From NCBI GenBank assembly GCA_002495675.1, contig DAGH01000002.1, positions 24,259 to 88,258 of the forward strand: a stretch of 64,000 nucleotides of DNA, read 5' to 3'. This DNA comes from Euryarchaeota archaeon UBA182. Lineage in GTDB: Archaea; Thermoplasmatota; Poseidoniia; Poseidoniales; Thalassarchaeaceae. This document shows positions 36,873 through 47,155 of the stretch, piece after piece. A program made the position numbers and the translations under genes. The number at the start of each line of letters is the position of its first letter. The stretch's first letter is position 1. The notes under the pieces are model-generated. The model was not told where the DNA came from, ran no database searches, and worked only from the letters and a program-made list of their open reading frames with translations.

Positions 36873-38042
36873 TCACAGGTCTGAAGGTGCGTATGCTGAC
36901 ACGCTTCCCTTCCTTGCAGTATCGCCTACAGTACTGGCTAGGACGTTATCAATGCCCGCTTTGCTGGCGAGATCAAAAATTCGATCACTCATCTTCCCGG
37001 CGAAAACAAGCCCGACTGCACCCTCTGTTTCTTCGAGAGCCTTACCGAGAGCGGCTGCGCCAAGGGGGTCGCTGCCCGACCCATCTTCAAGGATGATGAC
37101 TGCCTGGTTCCTCTTGAGGCCCTCCAGGTGTTGCCCCCAGTCGGCCATTACCTCCGGCGCTTGGACTTCGGCTTTCTCATGGCCGAGAGTTGCGTTGTCG
37201 TCGCTTTCCATCTGTTTCCTAATTCTCTGGACTACCTTTGCTGCGACCTCTTTCTGATTTAGGCACTTGGTAATCGTTTTACCCTCTAGGTGTTCAACCT
37301 CAAGGCTCTTTGGTGCAAATGCAACATGGGTCAGGGACTTTTCTAGCGATCCTGAGAGCTCCATCAACAAGAGGCTGCCCCCACGATCCCCGTCGAGAAA
37401 TGCTGTGACGTTTTTCTTGGTAGATGCCAATTCGACTAGCTCATTTGGGACGCCAGAGCCCATCATTGCGATTGCATTTTTAATTCCATACTTCAATAGG
37501 TTCCTGACGTCATTTCGACCCTCTACAATGATTATCCCATCGCTCTTTTTCACGTTGGGTCCAGCAGTCATTCCATTCACGTTTACCTCAGTGTCAACTG
37601 TCAGAACAGACCTTACCTCGTCCAGGATATTTTTAGATTCATCAGCCCCTGAGCCGATTAGGTCCATCAGTAGGCGCTTGGCACGATCAATCACAACATC
37701 TCTCTTCGCAGATACAACATTCTCAATCCTTTGCACCCGTATTGATGCTTTGCAAGGGCCAATTCTGTCGATAGTTTCGAGCGATGCTCCAATCACCGAA
37801 GTGGATACTTGATCCATTGAGGTGGTGAGGGTTATTTCCCCATTTACACTGCCCTTCCTCTGGTTCAGTGAAACATCGACATGGCCTATTCGACCGCTCC
37901 TCTGTAGGTCTCGAAGCTGGAGCTCTTCACCTAAAAGCCCCTCAGTTTGGCCAAAAATGGCTCCGACAACGTCCTTCCTTTGGACTGTACCATCTGTTCT
38001 TATGGTTGCGTGTATGACATATTTTCCTTCTTTCTTTGACAT
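36873..38042 (-). CDS. dnaG: Archaeal DnaG (TOPRIM) primase/exosome-associated protein
   Basis: The N-terminus YVIHATIRTDGTVQRKDVVGAIFGQTEGLLG is typical of archaeal DnaG. The TOPRIM domain reads IIIVEGRNDVRNL...FLDGDRGG. Confidence 0.9.
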   Translation of the reverse strand: MSKKEGKYVIHATIRTDGTVQRKDVVGAIFGQTEGLLGEELQLRDLQRSGRIGHVDVSLNQRKGSVNGEITLTTSMDQVSTSVIGASLETIDRIGPCKASIRVQRIENVVSAKRDVVIDRAKRLLMDLIGSGADESKNILDEVRSVLTVDTEVNVNGMTAGPNVKKSDGIIIVEGRNDVRNLLKYGIKNAIAMMGSGVPNELVELASTKKNVTAFLDGDRGGSLLLMELSGSLEKSLTHVAFAPKSLEVEHLEGKTITKCLNQKEVAAKVVQRIRKQMESDDNATLGHEKAEVQAPEVMADWGQHLEGLKRNQAVIILEDGSGSDPLGAAALGKALEETEGAVGLVFAGKMSDRIFDLASKAGIDNVLASTVGDTARKGSVSAYAPSDL

Positions 38043-38274
38043 GTTCTTTCCTCCGAACTTTCACCATTCCCTCAAACGGGGGTTCGCGGCCTTTCGCCGC
38101 CATAATTGGCAAGGATGGGTGCAAGACACCCGCGAGTGGGACAGTGACCTGTTCATCCCGACCCTGTTGTGCTCTGCATTTGAACACTTTGCAAAAATAA
38201 TCAACAAAATCACCAGAATAAAACAGACTCGCCTATGGGTCAAATCCATATCTAACTCCTTTCGTTGATGACTC

Positions 38275-38739
38275 GTGGACAGAGCCATCGACGCAACTGC
38301 GGTCTTTCGAGGAGCAACTACTCTGGCGATGAAGGATGGCCATCTTGACGATCAGGAAATGAGGATTCTAGCACGCCTTTCGCATGCGCTGAGATTGCCC
38401 GAGGGTCTGCCACTGAAAATTTATGACAACATCATCGAGGGAAGAGATAGCGACTCCGGAAGAGAACTAACTAGATCCGAGGCTTTGATGGTATATGGCC
38501 AAGTATTGGAGGCCTATTGCACAATTTCCGAGCCCACGCCTGAAGCAGCCCTGTTGCTATCCTACATGCGGACTGTGTTTGATATCAATGAGACAGAGCA
38601 TCGTGAGTTTGTCAGGAGTGTGGATCGACACCTGGAACAAGTGGTTCATCGCAATGTTGCAGCCCAACTAAGGACAACAATCGATGATGCAATAGAACTC
38701 GTGTCAGACCCTCTCCAAAAACTAAGGATTAGGAAATGA
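38275..38739 (+). CDS. TerB-like domain protein
   Basis: AMKDGHLDDQEMRILARLSHALRL resembles the TerB/DjlA N-terminal helix pattern. The call is weak. Confidence 0.4.
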   Translation: MDRAIDATAVFRGATTLAMKDGHLDDQEMRILARLSHALRLPEGLPLKIYDNIIEGRDSDSGRELTRSEALMVYGQVLEAYCTISEPTPEAALLLSYMRTVFDINETEHREFVRSVDRHLEQVVHRNVAAQLRTTIDDAIELVSDPLQKLRIRK

Positions 38740-38748
38740 GGTTTCGTT

Positions 38749-39390
38749 ATGGCCTTGGATGCATATCTATCATCCATACCTGATAAGAAGGCAAATTCAG
38801 TCAGAACCCTACCCAGGATACTCCGCGAAGCCTACACGTACGAGGTCCCGGCCCTCATAATGAAGTCTAGCACCGACAGGCTTTCTGTTGATGGGGATTA
38901 CTCTTTTTTCTTAGGAACGCCAGATGCCTCACTGAGAAGAATTGCGTCTTGGCTTATCACAAAGAACTCCGGAACTCCTGAAGTGCTTGCGTCTATCTTG
39001 CCCTCGCTGTGGAAAAGACATGGTAGAGAAGACTTGGCGATGGCAGCATTGTTATTGGCAAACATAGATCATGGAAGAATGGGCACAAACCCATGGCGAA
39101 TATTGGAGGATCTCATTCGGCCTCGGGAGCCAATCGAGGGATTGTTAATGTGCGTCGAGGAAATTCTCAGATCTGGACGCAAGTGCCCCGATGAGGAGAA
39201 GCTCTGTTCTTGGCTAGAACAAGGCGGTGTGACGCAGACCTTGTCCTTACTTTGCATCCATGCATCAATAATTAGAGGACGAGACCCAACAGAGAAGGAA
39301 CTGGAACTTGTCGCTGGGAGCGATTATGAACAGGCCCCAGAATTAGTGATAAGAGTAAGGGATCGCATCCTCAACAGGCATCAAGTCTAA
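38749..39390 (+). CDS. Hypothetical helical-repeat protein
   Basis: 213-aa ORF co-directional with its neighbours. It is alpha-helical and HEAT-like by eye. No motif was recognised. Confidence 0.35.
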   Translation: MALDAYLSSIPDKKANSVRTLPRILREAYTYEVPALIMKSSTDRLSVDGDYSFFLGTPDASLRRIASWLITKNSGTPEVLASILPSLWKRHGREDLAMAALLLANIDHGRMGTNPWRILEDLIRPREPIEGLLMCVEEILRSGRKCPDEEKLCSWLEQGGVTQTLSLLCIHASIIRGRDPTEKELELVAGSDYEQAPELVIRVRDRILNRHQV

Positions 39391-39416
39391 TCACCTGTTG
39401 ATATTGGGGCAAAGCA

Positions 39417-39626
39417 GTGTCAGACAGATTACTGCCCTCGGATGACCCAGTTGCTGAGGAAGTGCTTGAATGGACAATTGCCAAGGATGCCCGGGATGTC
39501 GCTCAGATCATGCACTGGCTAGAGCAAACAAACGGGAGAAGAGACAGGATGGTTTTGATGTCAACAGCTAAGGAACTGATTGATGAGATGCTTCATTCGA
39601 TCAGGAGGCTTGACGAGCTTCGGTGA
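39417..39626 (+). CDS. Small acidic hypothetical protein
   Basis: 69 aa with a GTG start. It ends 4 nt before the mobA ATG. Confidence 0.3.
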   Translation: MSDRLLPSDDPVAEEVLEWTIAKDARDVAQIMHWLEQTNGRRDRMVLMSTAKELIDEMLHSIRRLDELR

Positions 39627-39630
39627 GATC

Positions 39631-40191
39631 ATGCAGGCCCTGGTTCTTGCAGGTGGTCGATCGTCGAGAATGGGTCGTGACAAGTCGCTCATCCAAATAA
39701 ATGGAAAGTCTCTGATCAGAATTACCTTGGAGAGACTAATTGATTCTGGCCATTCTTCGATACTTGTGATGGCTTCTGATGAGGATCAGGAATCTAGACA
39801 AAGGTCCAGTGCCGGGGATTTGGCGCATGGGGTGGTGTGGGGGAGGGACAATGTCCCCTATTCTGGGATGATTGAGGCTTTGCTCAAGGCTATGTCTGAC
39901 GAGACACTGGATCCCACCAAGCCACTCCAAATCTCCTCTGTCGATTCACCATGGCTCAGAAAAGAACTGTATCAAAAACTACGAATGAACCTAACCAACG
40001 ATGTGGATATCGTGGTCCCCAGGGATAAAATCATTCACCCTTTGCACGCTTTATTTAGAGTCGAGGCATTGGCTGCAGAACTTAGCCCCGTGGCAGGCCC
40101 CTTGAACCATCAGATTCAGAGGATGAGGTGGAGGGCTGTGGATTGTGAGGGACTGGGACTGGGAAATGTCAACCATCCTGGCGATCTATGA
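39631..40191 (+). CDS. mobA: MobA-like molybdenum cofactor guanylyltransferase
   Basis: MQALVLAGGRSSRMGRDKSLIQING is the MobA N-terminal signature. The start is taken at ATG 39631, inside the longer track ORF. Confidence 0.75.
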   Translation: MQALVLAGGRSSRMGRDKSLIQINGKSLIRITLERLIDSGHSSILVMASDEDQESRQRSSAGDLAHGVVWGRDNVPYSGMIEALLKAMSDETLDPTKPLQISSVDSPWLRKELYQKLRMNLTNDVDIVVPRDKIIHPLHALFRVEALAAELSPVAGPLNHQIQRMRWRAVDCEGLGLGNVNHPGDL

Positions 40192-40822
40192 ATAAACTCG
40201 GATTCTCGGCGATAGCATCAATGGTCCTTGGGTACAATGCATGCTCGGCCACCTTTACCCTTTCTTGAAGATCACCAATGCTGTCGCCCGTGAGAACAGG
40301 GACTTCGGATTGTGCAATGATTCGACCAGTATCGACCCCTTCATCCACAAAGTGAACTGTGCACCCAGAAATAACTGCTCCATCGGCCAGAGCGTCCCGA
40401 TGAGCGTGAGCACCAGGGTATTTTGGAAGCAATGACGGGTGTATGTTGATCAACCGCCCTTTCCACTTTGACACGAAGACAGGCGTGAAGATCCTCATGT
40501 ACCCTGCGAGGATGATTAGTTCTGTGTTGTACTTCTCCAGTTGCTCATGTATTAATTCCTCATGCTTCAGACGCTGTTCTTTTTTGTTTCCTATTTCTGG
40601 CAGCGGGATTCCAATGGAATCTATCCCTGCTTTTCTGGCGTGGCCCAAACCACCAGCTTCATTTGAATCGGCTAAGACCAAAACAGTTCGGAAAAATCGG
40701 GACCCAAATGACTCATACGATAGTATAGAAGCGAGACCTGATCCTCCACCGGAAATCAAAACCGCAATCCTCAGAGGATCGCTAGTTGAAGCATCACGCG
40801 GTAGGGTGAATGAGCCATCCAT
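40169..40822 (-). CDS. purN: Phosphoribosylglycinamide formyltransferase
   Basis: RIAVLISGGGSGL, LAGYMRI, NIHPSLLPKYPG and GCTVHFVDEGVDTG.II.Q are PurN motifs. Confidence 0.9.
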   Translation of the reverse strand: MDGSFTLPRDASTSDPLRIAVLISGGGSGLASILSYESFGSRFFRTVLVLADSNEAGGLGHARKAGIDSIGIPLPEIGNKKEQRLKHEELIHEQLEKYNTELIILAGYMRIFTPVFVSKWKGRLINIHPSLLPKYPGAHAHRDALADGAVISGCTVHFVDEGVDTGRIIAQSEVPVLTGDSIGDLQERVKVAEHALYPRTIDAIAENPSLFIDRQDG

Positions 40823-40901
40823 GTCAATTGGGGGAGGTCACTAATCAAATATCCACGGTTCAAACATTGTATTTTATGACCAAATATAAGGCCGATCAAT
40901 C

Positions 40902-41390
40902 ATGGAGCCATTGCGATCCGTCGATGAAATCGTCGACAGATACTCGGTAGAGAACTCCTCATTCAAGAGTAAGTTGTACATTGGTTTAGGAAGCATGTTC
41001 GTTGCGTTCGCTATTGCAGGTATCTGGATTCCAGGCTGGCCTACAGTATCATGGGCTGTCCCAGCAGCTTTCCTATTCTCCCTGTCCAGTCCTAGATTGT
41101 TCAGATGGAGCCTGACGAACCGATTTTTTGGACCTGCCATGTTTCAGTACTATGCTACTGGAAAAACGATTCCCGGACACGCAAAGACGGCAATAGCTCT
41201 AATCATTACTACAATGACATTACTCTCATCCTATGGTGTCTGGGCTGTTTCAACAAGGGGCGATGGTAGCCTGTTTGATTACTCGACTTGGAACGGTGCC
41301 GATCCGGGCTATGGGGCCTCGACGATTCTCATTGTGGGGATAATCGGAGTTTGGTACGTCTTAACTAGGGTAAGAACACGAAGAATGTAG
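40902..41390 (+). CDS. DUF454 (YbaN-like) membrane protein
   Basis: LYIGLGSMFVAFAIAGIWIPGWPTVSWAVPAAFLFSLSSPRLFRW matches the YbaN pattern. Confidence 0.7.
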   Translation: MEPLRSVDEIVDRYSVENSSFKSKLYIGLGSMFVAFAIAGIWIPGWPTVSWAVPAAFLFSLSSPRLFRWSLTNRFFGPAMFQYYATGKTIPGHAKTAIALIITTMTLLSSYGVWAVSTRGDGSLFDYSTWNGADPGYGASTILIVGIIGVWYVLTRVRTRRM

Positions 41391-41392
41391 AA

Positions 41393-41935
41393 TCATTCTC
41401 CCTTGGAGAAGCTGATAAGCTTGTCCACTGGTAAATGGTCGGCTGTGTCCTTGCAATAATGCGCCTCTACGACCTTCCCATCTTCTCCAATGAGAATGTC
41501 CACCGGGATGGTGGACATCTTTGAGATCGAAAGTGTCATAGGAAAATATCCGTTAAGACTCGCGCGCAAAAATGTCATGGGGGACCTGAGAGCTCCCCAC
41601 ATGAATCTGAAGAAGGACTTCTCCACTCCATGACGGGCAAACAACTCATAATCCCCATCTGCCAATATGGTAAACGGAATGTCACGCTTCCCCATGCGCT
41701 TGCTAAGATCACCTATGTCAGCGTCGAAAACTCCGACCATTACCGTGTCGTCTGCAAACTCACCCCACCTCTTGACAATCCTATCTATCCTCACGTTGCA
41801 AAACGGACAGCTCGAGAATCTGAAGAAAGTAAAAATTACCCTTTTCCCTCTCACAGCGGATAGGTCGAATTGGCTCCCATCTAAGGCTGGAAGTGAAAAA
41901 ACAGGCATAACATCGCCTACTGAAAGCCTTGCCAT
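41393..41935 (-). CDS. Peroxiredoxin-like (AhpC/TSA family) protein
   Basis: GKRVIFTFFRFSSCPFCNVR carries a redox Cys in a Prx-like context. Confidence 0.75.
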   Translation of the reverse strand: MARLSVGDVMPVFSLPALDGSQFDLSAVRGKRVIFTFFRFSSCPFCNVRIDRIVKRWGEFADDTVMVGVFDADIGDLSKRMGKRDIPFTILADGDYELFARHGVEKSFFRFMWGALRSPMTFLRASLNGYFPMTLSISKMSTIPVDILIGEDGKVVEAHYCKDTADHLPVDKLISFSKGE

Positions 41936-42143
41936 GTTATCACCGTTACTTTGGGACGTTGTATTATCTTTGTGTGGAATCTTTCAGGGGGAATTTTTAA
42001 GCAGATTATTCCGATGGTCGAAAACAATCCGCCCATTGATTAGAATCATCGCGCTGCTCTTCATTGTCTTCTTGTTACTTGGCTGTACTTTTTATCCATA
42101 TCCTGATGGATCTGTCTAACCTGAGTTCCCTTCAACATACTTT

Positions 42144-43187
42144 CTAAAAAGACCCAACAGATAGATTACTCTTGTTGTGCAAGATTAGGAAATCCCATAC
42201 AATCTCGCTGGACTCAACTAACCCTTGCGTTCCTATGAAAGAACTGCCAATGAGCGTCCCATCATCATTGTCATTTGAGTAAGGATTGTGTTGTGCTGCA
42301 AAGATGGTCATCAACTGGACAGTAGCGTTGTTCGCGCATTCATCAAATCCCTGTATCGAGTAAAGGGCATTCATTTCGAAGGTCTTGACCCCCCCCGAGC
42401 AGTCATTGTGCCCAGCCCATTCGAACATGTTCTCGACCGCACCCGTTTCGTAGGCTTCCGGTTCTGTCCACATGTCTTCGTTGAATGGGATGCTGAGGAT
42501 AGTTGACTCATACAGAACAATTTGGTCCAAGAATCCATGTACCTCCATTATCGGAATTGGTGAGTATTGCTCGGTTGGATCATTCACCAGATACATCGCC
42601 ATGCAGCCTACCGCAGCGAAGATGTGGCTTGACTCCATTGCAAGCCTCTGCGCCATTGCACATCCGTTTGACCATCCTGAGGCATAAATTCTATCTGAGT
42701 CGACATTATGCATTTCTATGGTAAAGTTGACCACTCTTTCAATGAAACCCACATCGTCAACATCATTCTTTGCAGAGTGTGCACAGCACCAACCGGCGTT
42801 CCATGCTTGATTTTCTTCTATGTCAGTAGGTAGGTTGCGCCCAAGGACGCCATCAGGATAGACAACAATGGCACCATGCTCATCAGCTATCCTATCGAAG
42901 GACGAGAGCTTCTTGTGGTTGGTGGAGTCCGAAGCATAGCCATGCATATCTATCAATAACGGGACAGGCCTACCAGGATCCAAGCCCTCGGGAATGTGCT
43001 GTTGCCAACACCGTTCTAGACCTCCGTGGTCCACGCAAAAATAAGCTCCATTCTCATAATACTCGTTGCTACCCGCATCACTTTCTCCATGGTCATCATT
43101 CTGGCCCTCTTCATTGTTCGAGAGGCAACCGGTCAGGATGGAGGAGAATAAAATCAATGAGAATGCCGTCGATGAGATCCACCTCAT
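42144..43187 (-). CDS. Secreted lipoprotein esterase (PHB depolymerase/LpqC-like alpha/beta hydrolase)
   Basis: The signal peptide and lipobox read MRWISSTAFSLILFSSILTGC. PLLIDMHGY and the nucleophile elbow YASGWSNGCAM are present. The ORF extends to 43319. Confidence 0.65.
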   Translation of the reverse strand: MRWISSTAFSLILFSSILTGCLSNNEEGQNDDHGESDAGSNEYYENGAYFCVDHGGLERCWQQHIPEGLDPGRPVPLLIDMHGYASDSTNHKKLSSFDRIADEHGAIVVYPDGVLGRNLPTDIEENQAWNAGWCCAHSAKNDVDDVGFIERVVNFTIEMHNVDSDRIYASGWSNGCAMAQRLAMESSHIFAAVGCMAMYLVNDPTEQYSPIPIMEVHGFLDQIVLYESTILSIPFNEDMWTEPEAYETGAVENMFEWAGHNDCSGGVKTFEMNALYSIQGFDECANNATVQLMTIFAAQHNPYSNDNDDGTLIGSSFIGTQGLVESSEIVWDFLILHNKSNLSVGSF

Positions 43188-43327
43188 GTCCCTTTCTATC
43201 ACTACCGATGGAATTAAACTACCTCTCTGAGTGGGGTAAAACCACTCATTCATCATATAAACAAAATCACTTTTTGAGTGATCTTTAGACGGCCAAGATG
43301 AATAACTAGGGATTTCCACATCGGCCC

Positions 43328-43519
43328 ATGGAACAGGGAACTGTCAAGTGGTTCAATCAGAAAAAAGGGTATGGGTTCATCGAAAGGGAAGGGGCGGACG
43401 ACCTCTTTGTTCACATCTCAGAGGTAGATGGAACTATTCGCGATGGCGACTCCGTGGAATTCGAAGTCGCAGAGGGTCCAAAGGGACTCAACGCGGTTAA
43501 GGTGTCGAAGACTGAGTAA
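43328..43519 (+). CDS. cspA: Cold-shock domain protein
   Basis: [15 protein letters not shown] (RNP1) and DLFVHIS (RNP2). Size is 63 aa. Confidence 0.95.
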   Translation: MEQGTVKWFNQKKGYGFIEREGADDLFVHISEVDGTIRDGDSVEFEVAEGPKGLNAVKVSKTE

Positions 43520-43522
43520 TCA

Positions 43523-44224
43523 TTAACTCGCAATCGATTTGAGTGCGTAGTTGTGGCGAAGCACCTCATCTATGATGACCCAGTCGGGAGTGGTCCCATC
43601 TATCCAATCATATCTGTGCCCCGGAATCATCCGCCAATCTCCTGGGAGGCTCTCGAGTATTTGCTTCCCTTTGCGAATGCTCCTGTATTGTGATTCAGGA
43701 TCTGATCCAGGTAAGTCGACCCGACCCATTCCGTTGGTGAATAGCAGATCACCCGCATGAAACACTCCATGCCCATGAATGGTGACGTGGCCTGGGGCAT
43801 GACCCGGGGTGTGTGTGACCGTCAGGCTAAGTCTCCCTGCCTTCCACTCAACCCCCTCCAGCGGTGGTTGGGCCCATGTGTTGGTGAAGTCAACCCTCTC
43901 AAACACGGGGTGACCTAGCAAGTCTGGGACACGAGCATCCTCATGTCCCCAGACCTCAAGCCTAGGAAACAACCTCATCATCTCTTGGTAGCCCGATGCA
44001 TGATCCCTGTGGGTGTGAGTGTAGAGTAGATGGGTTGGCTCCAATCCATCCTCCAACAGCCCCTCTCTCCATCTTGACGCGTCGAATGGATCAACTATTG
44101 CTACGATATTCGCATCCCTATCGATGAACGCCGTATTCATATTCAAGTAGGGCCCCATTAGGGTCACCCAGACCTCTGTGCCATCATTTAGGACCATCTT
44201 ATCGAACTCTCCGTCTCCCAGCAT
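43523..44224 (-). CDS. MBL-fold metallo-hydrolase (glyoxalase II-like)
   Basis: LYTHTHRDHASG (HxHxDH) and TPGHAPGH. ATG 44222-44224 is preceded by GGAGGGGT. The longer track ORF would overlap leuS. Confidence 0.8.
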   Translation of the reverse strand: MLGDGEFDKMVLNDGTEVWVTLMGPYLNMNTAFIDRDANIVAIVDPFDASRWREGLLEDGLEPTHLLYTHTHRDHASGYQEMMRLFPRLEVWGHEDARVPDLLGHPVFERVDFTNTWAQPPLEGVEWKAGRLSLTVTHTPGHAPGHVTIHGHGVFHAGDLLFTNGMGRVDLPGSDPESQYRSIRKGKQILESLPGDWRMIPGHRYDWIDGTTPDWVIIDEVLRHNYALKSIAS

Positions 44225-44290
44225 GACCCCTCCGTACCTACGGCACCTCAAAGAAGTGACCTGCGATCGCAGGCACGAAGGAGGCATACG

Positions 44291-47146
44291 ATGAGGTACG
44301 ACCACACTGAAATCGAACTCCGATGGCAAGAGGTCTGGGACAGCAAAAATGTGTTTCAGGCCAAGGTCGATCACAACAAGCCTAAGTTCTACTGCCTGGA
44401 GATGTTCCCCTACCCGTCCGGGAACATGCACATGGGCCATGTACGCAACTACTCCATAGGGGACGCAATGGCTAGATTTCAGAGAATGATGGGCAAGAAC
44501 GTGCTTTATCCAATGGGCTACGACTCATTTGGAATGCCGGCTGAGAACGCTGCAAAAAAAGAACGAGGACACCCAGCAGACGTGACTGTCCGCAATATTT
44601 CCAGCATTAAGTCAGACCAGAAGAGGATGGGGTACTCCTATGATTGGGGGCGACAGTTCGCAACATCAAGTGTTGAATATTACAAATGGAATCAATCGTT
44701 GTTTCTCGACTTCCATGACAAAGGACTGGTCGAGAGGAGATCTGCTCCGGTGAATTGGTGCGTCGATTGTGACACAGTCCTCGCAAATGAACAGGTCAAG
44801 AACAACAGATGTTGGAGATGTGGATTGGAGGTGATTCAACGAGACATGTCCCAATGGTTCCTTCGCATGACTGAGTACTCCGACGAGCTACTCGAATCCT
44901 TGGATGAGATAGTATTCCCAGAAAATGTGAAGGCGATGCAGAGGAATTGGATAGGCAGGTCCAGAGGCGCCGAGATTCGTTTCCCTATCGAGGATAGTGA
45001 TGAGCAGATAGCCTGCTTCACAACCCGGCCAGACACAATCTTTGGAGTCACCTTCCTAACTCTGTCCCCAGAACACGAACTATGCCCAATCCTTTGCGAT
45101 GGTACTGATTGGGAACATGGATGGATTGAACTTCGGGACGAATGCGCCAAGCTCTCTGAATTCGAGCGAATCAACCTACTCAAGGAGAAGAAAGGCGTGT
45201 TCCTCGGCAGATATGCATTGAACCCGATGAGTGGTGAGAGGATTCCAATCTATGCAGGGAACTTCGTAGTCGCAGGCTATGGAACAGGAGCTGTGATGGC
45301 AGTCCCCGGCCATGACGAAAGAGATTTCGAATTCGCCAAAAAGTACGGGCTGGAGATACGAACAGTCCTCCAGAATGACTCAGATGAGTATGAGGATTTG
45401 GAGTCGAAATCAGCCTTCACGGGGTATGGACCGATGATCGGCTCGGCCAAACCGGGATTGGACGGCTTGGTCGGTGAAGAGGCTAAGTCTGCCGTAATTT
45501 CATTGTTGGAACAGGAAGAATCGGGAGTCGGGACGACACAATATCGACTAAGAGATTGGCTCTTGAGCCGGCAGAGATTCTGGGGCACTCCGATTCCGAT
45601 GATCCATTGTGAGTCATGCGGGACCGTTCAGGTTCCCAGGGAGGACCTCCCGGTGACTCTGCCGTTAGACTTGAAATTCACAGAAGAACAGGGTGGAAAC
45701 CCCTTGGCCAGCCACGAGAAATTTTGCGAGGTGAAGTGCCCAGAATGCGGAATTGAAGCCAGACGTGAGACAGATACTATGGACACGTTCTACGATTCCT
45801 CTTGGTACTTCATGAGATTCTGTGATGCTGATAACTCAGAACTTCCATTTTCAAGGAAGTCAGTTGATTATTGGATGGGCGACGGCGTAGACCTCTACAT
45901 AGGTGGTATCGAGCACGCTGTCATGCACTTGCTCTATGCACGATTCTTCACTAAGGCGACTCGGGACATGGGAATGAACTCTGTCGGGGAGCCGTTCGGT
46001 AGACTGGTCTGCCAAGGGATGCTGAATGCCCCGGCCCCATACTGCAGCTCGTGCAATGCGGAGTATCATGTTGACTTTGAAGGCCAGCCATGCCCTAGTT
46101 GTGGTGATACCTTGGGAGCAAGATCCGCGAAGATGAGCAAATCTTTGGGCAACACTGTCAGTCCAGGTGAAATGGTGGAAAAATACGGAGCAGACACTGT
46201 ACGCCTGTTCATACTCTTCGGGGCAAATCCAGAGGCAGGTATGGAATGGTCTGACACAGCAATAGACTCCAATCATCGTCATTTGGTAAGCATCATTGAC
46301 GCATTTGAAGCATCACTCAGTATGAGGGAATCGGTGAAGGAGATTGACGAATGGCTTTTGGCAAAGGGGAGGAATAACATGGGCAGATGGATCTCTTCAA
46401 TGGAAAATGTAAGTCTGAGGGAAGGTGTGATGATTAGCCATTTCGAGATGCTGTCCGATTGGCAGTGGTACATCAGGAGAGGTGGTTGCGATAGAGATTC
46501 TGCGTTGGGTTACATGTCGATGTGGGCCCAGATGATTGCGCCCGCTACACCACATATCGCAGAGGAGCTCTGGATGAAAATCGGTGGCCATGGCATTCTT
46601 TCCAGAAAGGAACTCAATCCAACTGATGCTTTATCAGAGGATAAGACACTCCTTGCAGAGGAAAATTACCTCAAATCAGTTATTGACACATCACGTAATC
46701 TATTGACATTGGCTCAGAGACATTCTGACTCACCACTTCAGAACATGGTGATACAAACAGCACCTTCATGGGCTCAAGACCTCGCATGTGAAGCCATCTC
46801 GTTATCTAGACAGAGCTTCAACTTTGACGAGCTTGGCATGGACTACATAAAGTCGCATACTACTTTCACATCATCGGAGAACAAAGGACAAGTCATGCAG
46901 ATGTGGTCCACTATCACAAGAGGGTCAAAGAAGAAGCGAGGTAAGATACAGACATGGACCGACGAGGAAAAAACACTGGTGTCGATACCTGATAAGGAAA
47001 TCCACATACTCGAAAATAACCGTCAGTTCATCGCAGCAAGCCTTGGAATAAATCAAGTTGAGGTTTATGAGGCAGGATCGGGAGATGATGTTGGTGGGAA
47101 GGCAGGTTTTGCATTACCATTAGAACCCGGCTTAGCTTTCATATGA
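44291..47146 (+). CDS. leuS: Leucyl-tRNA synthetase (archaeal type)
   Basis: PYPSGNMHMGH (HIGH) and KMSKSLGN (KMSKS). A CP1 editing domain is present. Size is 951 aa. Confidence 0.95.
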   Translation: MRYDHTEIELRWQEVWDSKNVFQAKVDHNKPKFYCLEMFPYPSGNMHMGHVRNYSIGDAMARFQRMMGKNVLYPMGYDSFGMPAENAAKKERGHPADVTVRNISSIKSDQKRMGYSYDWGRQFATSSVEYYKWNQSLFLDFHDKGLVERRSAPVNWCVDCDTVLANEQVKNNRCWRCGLEVIQRDMSQWFLRMTEYSDELLESLDEIVFPENVKAMQRNWIGRSRGAEIRFPIEDSDEQIACFTTRPDTIFGVTFLTLSPEHELCPILCDGTDWEHGWIELRDECAKLSEFERINLLKEKKGVFLGRYALNPMSGERIPIYAGNFVVAGYGTGAVMAVPGHDERDFEFAKKYGLEIRTVLQNDSDEYEDLESKSAFTGYGPMIGSAKPGLDGLVGEEAKSAVISLLEQEESGVGTTQYRLRDWLLSRQRFWGTPIPMIHCESCGTVQVPREDLPVTLPLDLKFTEEQGGNPLASHEKFCEVKCPECGIEARRETDTMDTFYDSSWYFMRFCDADNSELPFSRKSVDYWMGDGVDLYIGGIEHAVMHLLYARFFTKATRDMGMNSVGEPFGRLVCQGMLNAPAPYCSSCNAEYHVDFEGQPCPSCGDTLGARSAKMSKSLGNTVSPGEMVEKYGADTVRLFILFGANPEAGMEWSDTAIDSNHRHLVSIIDAFEASLSMRESVKEIDEWLLAKGRNNMGRWISSMENVSLREGVMISHFEMLSDWQWYIRRGGCDRDSALGYMSMWAQMIAPATPHIAEELWMKIGGHGILSRKELNPTDALSEDKTLLAEENYLKSVIDTSRNLLTLAQRHSDSPLQNMVIQTAPSWAQDLACEAISLSRQSFNFDELGMDYIKSHTTFTSSENKGQVMQMWSTITRGSKKKRGKIQTWTDEEKTLVSIPDKEIHILENNRQFIAASLGINQVEVYEAGSGDDVGGKAGFALPLEPGLAFI

Positions 47147-47155
47147 GGTAAAAGT

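Noticed and set aside
37267-38268. Two plus-strand ORFs (181 and 148 aa) opposite dnaG
   Set aside because: They are antisense to a well-supported archaeal DnaG. Both are Ser/Pro/Phe-rich with no motifs.
38043-38274. Possible small RNA (C/D box-like UGAUGA at about 38264) in the dnaG/TerB-like divergent gap
   Set aside because: Only a lone C-box-like hexamer is present. It has no properly spaced D box or terminal stem, and it abuts the start codon of the next gene.
44225-44440. Extended N-terminus of the MBL hydrolase ORF overlapping the leuS start by 150 nt
   Set aside because: The extension (MAHVHVPGRVGEHLQ...) is not part of the MBL fold. The internal ATG at 44222-44224 has a GGAGG-like site upstream and removes the overlap.
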